In this document: in pieces, positions 63,573 through 64,000 of the stretch | How positions within the stretch are numbered: the first letter of the stretch is position 1 | How the letters are laid out: each line of letters starts with the position of its first letter | The notes under the pieces: model-generated | Seen by the model: only the letters and a program-made list of their open reading frames with translations | Told to the model about the DNA's origin: nothing | Database searches by the model: none | Position numbers and translations under genes: made by a program | Assembly (NCBI GenBank): GCA_011109175.1 | Contig: RDEW01000015.1 | Location: 204,310 to 268,309 of the forward strand | Length of the DNA stretch: 64,000 nt | Direction: 5' to 3' | DNA from: Dicyema japonicum | Taxonomy: Eukaryota; Animalia; Dicyemida

Positions 63573-64000
63573 TAAAAATTAATGAAATAAAATCGTGTGA
63601 TTGTGGTTATGTACATTATCTAAATTACACAACATAATTAAATATTATTGTGGTTTTTATAATAAAAATTAAGATTACATTTTCCGACTCCCTTAATTTA
63701 TTGTTAGTAAATGTTTCAATACTCCACCTCATAATTGTATGACAAAATCAATATTATAATAAATTCACTACCTTGAAATACACCTTTAATAACCACAGAA
63801 TCAATTTCACACAACATAAATTATGCACTATACTACTTAAGAGTGGACAAAAGGAGGTTCCCCTAAGAATGGTCTGGCCTGTGAATATATCTATGAGTAC
63901 ATCCTCACTTAAGACCACAAATAAGTATGATTTTATACAGCAGATGACAAAGTCAAATATCTATTATAATGAGGTCAAATGGTAAAGTATGAGATTATTA

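Noticed and set aside
1-64000. Prokaryotic systems (CRISPR, retrons, group II introns, DGRs) suggested by the many RTs
   Set aside because: The RTs carry eukaryotic LINE features (APE or RLE domains, TSDs, (TAA)n tails), there are no repeat-spacer arrays, and host genes have spliceosomal introns.

Overview
AT-rich eukaryotic (animal-like) genomic DNA; no bacterial operons, CRISPR arrays or rRNA genes. Compact housekeeping genes are broken by many ultra-short (mostly 21-27 nt) GT-AG introns: seipin-like, TRMT1, PIGO-like, SC5D, NMT, MCEE-like, DZIP1-like, XRN1, CCT7, plus the 3' end of a C2H2 zinc-finger gene. These sit in a dense field of decayed transposons: four non-LTR retrotransposon types (RTE-like, jockey/I-like, RLE-bearing R2-group-like, CRE-like), hAT-like and Tc1-like DNA transposons, and several short non-autonomous SINE-like families. 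Tiny introns together with a ciliary gene resemble what is published for dicyemid mesozoans (inference, not proven). Most notable: (1) introns whose 3' splice site appears chosen by distance rather than sequence; (2) a modular SINE set sharing a 3' stem-loop with a partner LINE, with one stem arm encoded in the LINE's last codons (G-I-T-stop); (3) a SINE core that can be drawn as an HDV-ribozyme-like nested double pseudoknot; (4) a full-length RTE with an 11-bp TSD nested in a hAT transposase, plus internally deleted derivatives; (5) an MCEE homologue lacking two conserved glutamates. Single-base frameshifts in conserved genes are most likely assembly errors. All gene calls come from manual translation and motif recall, not database searches; transposon boundaries without TSDs are approximate.
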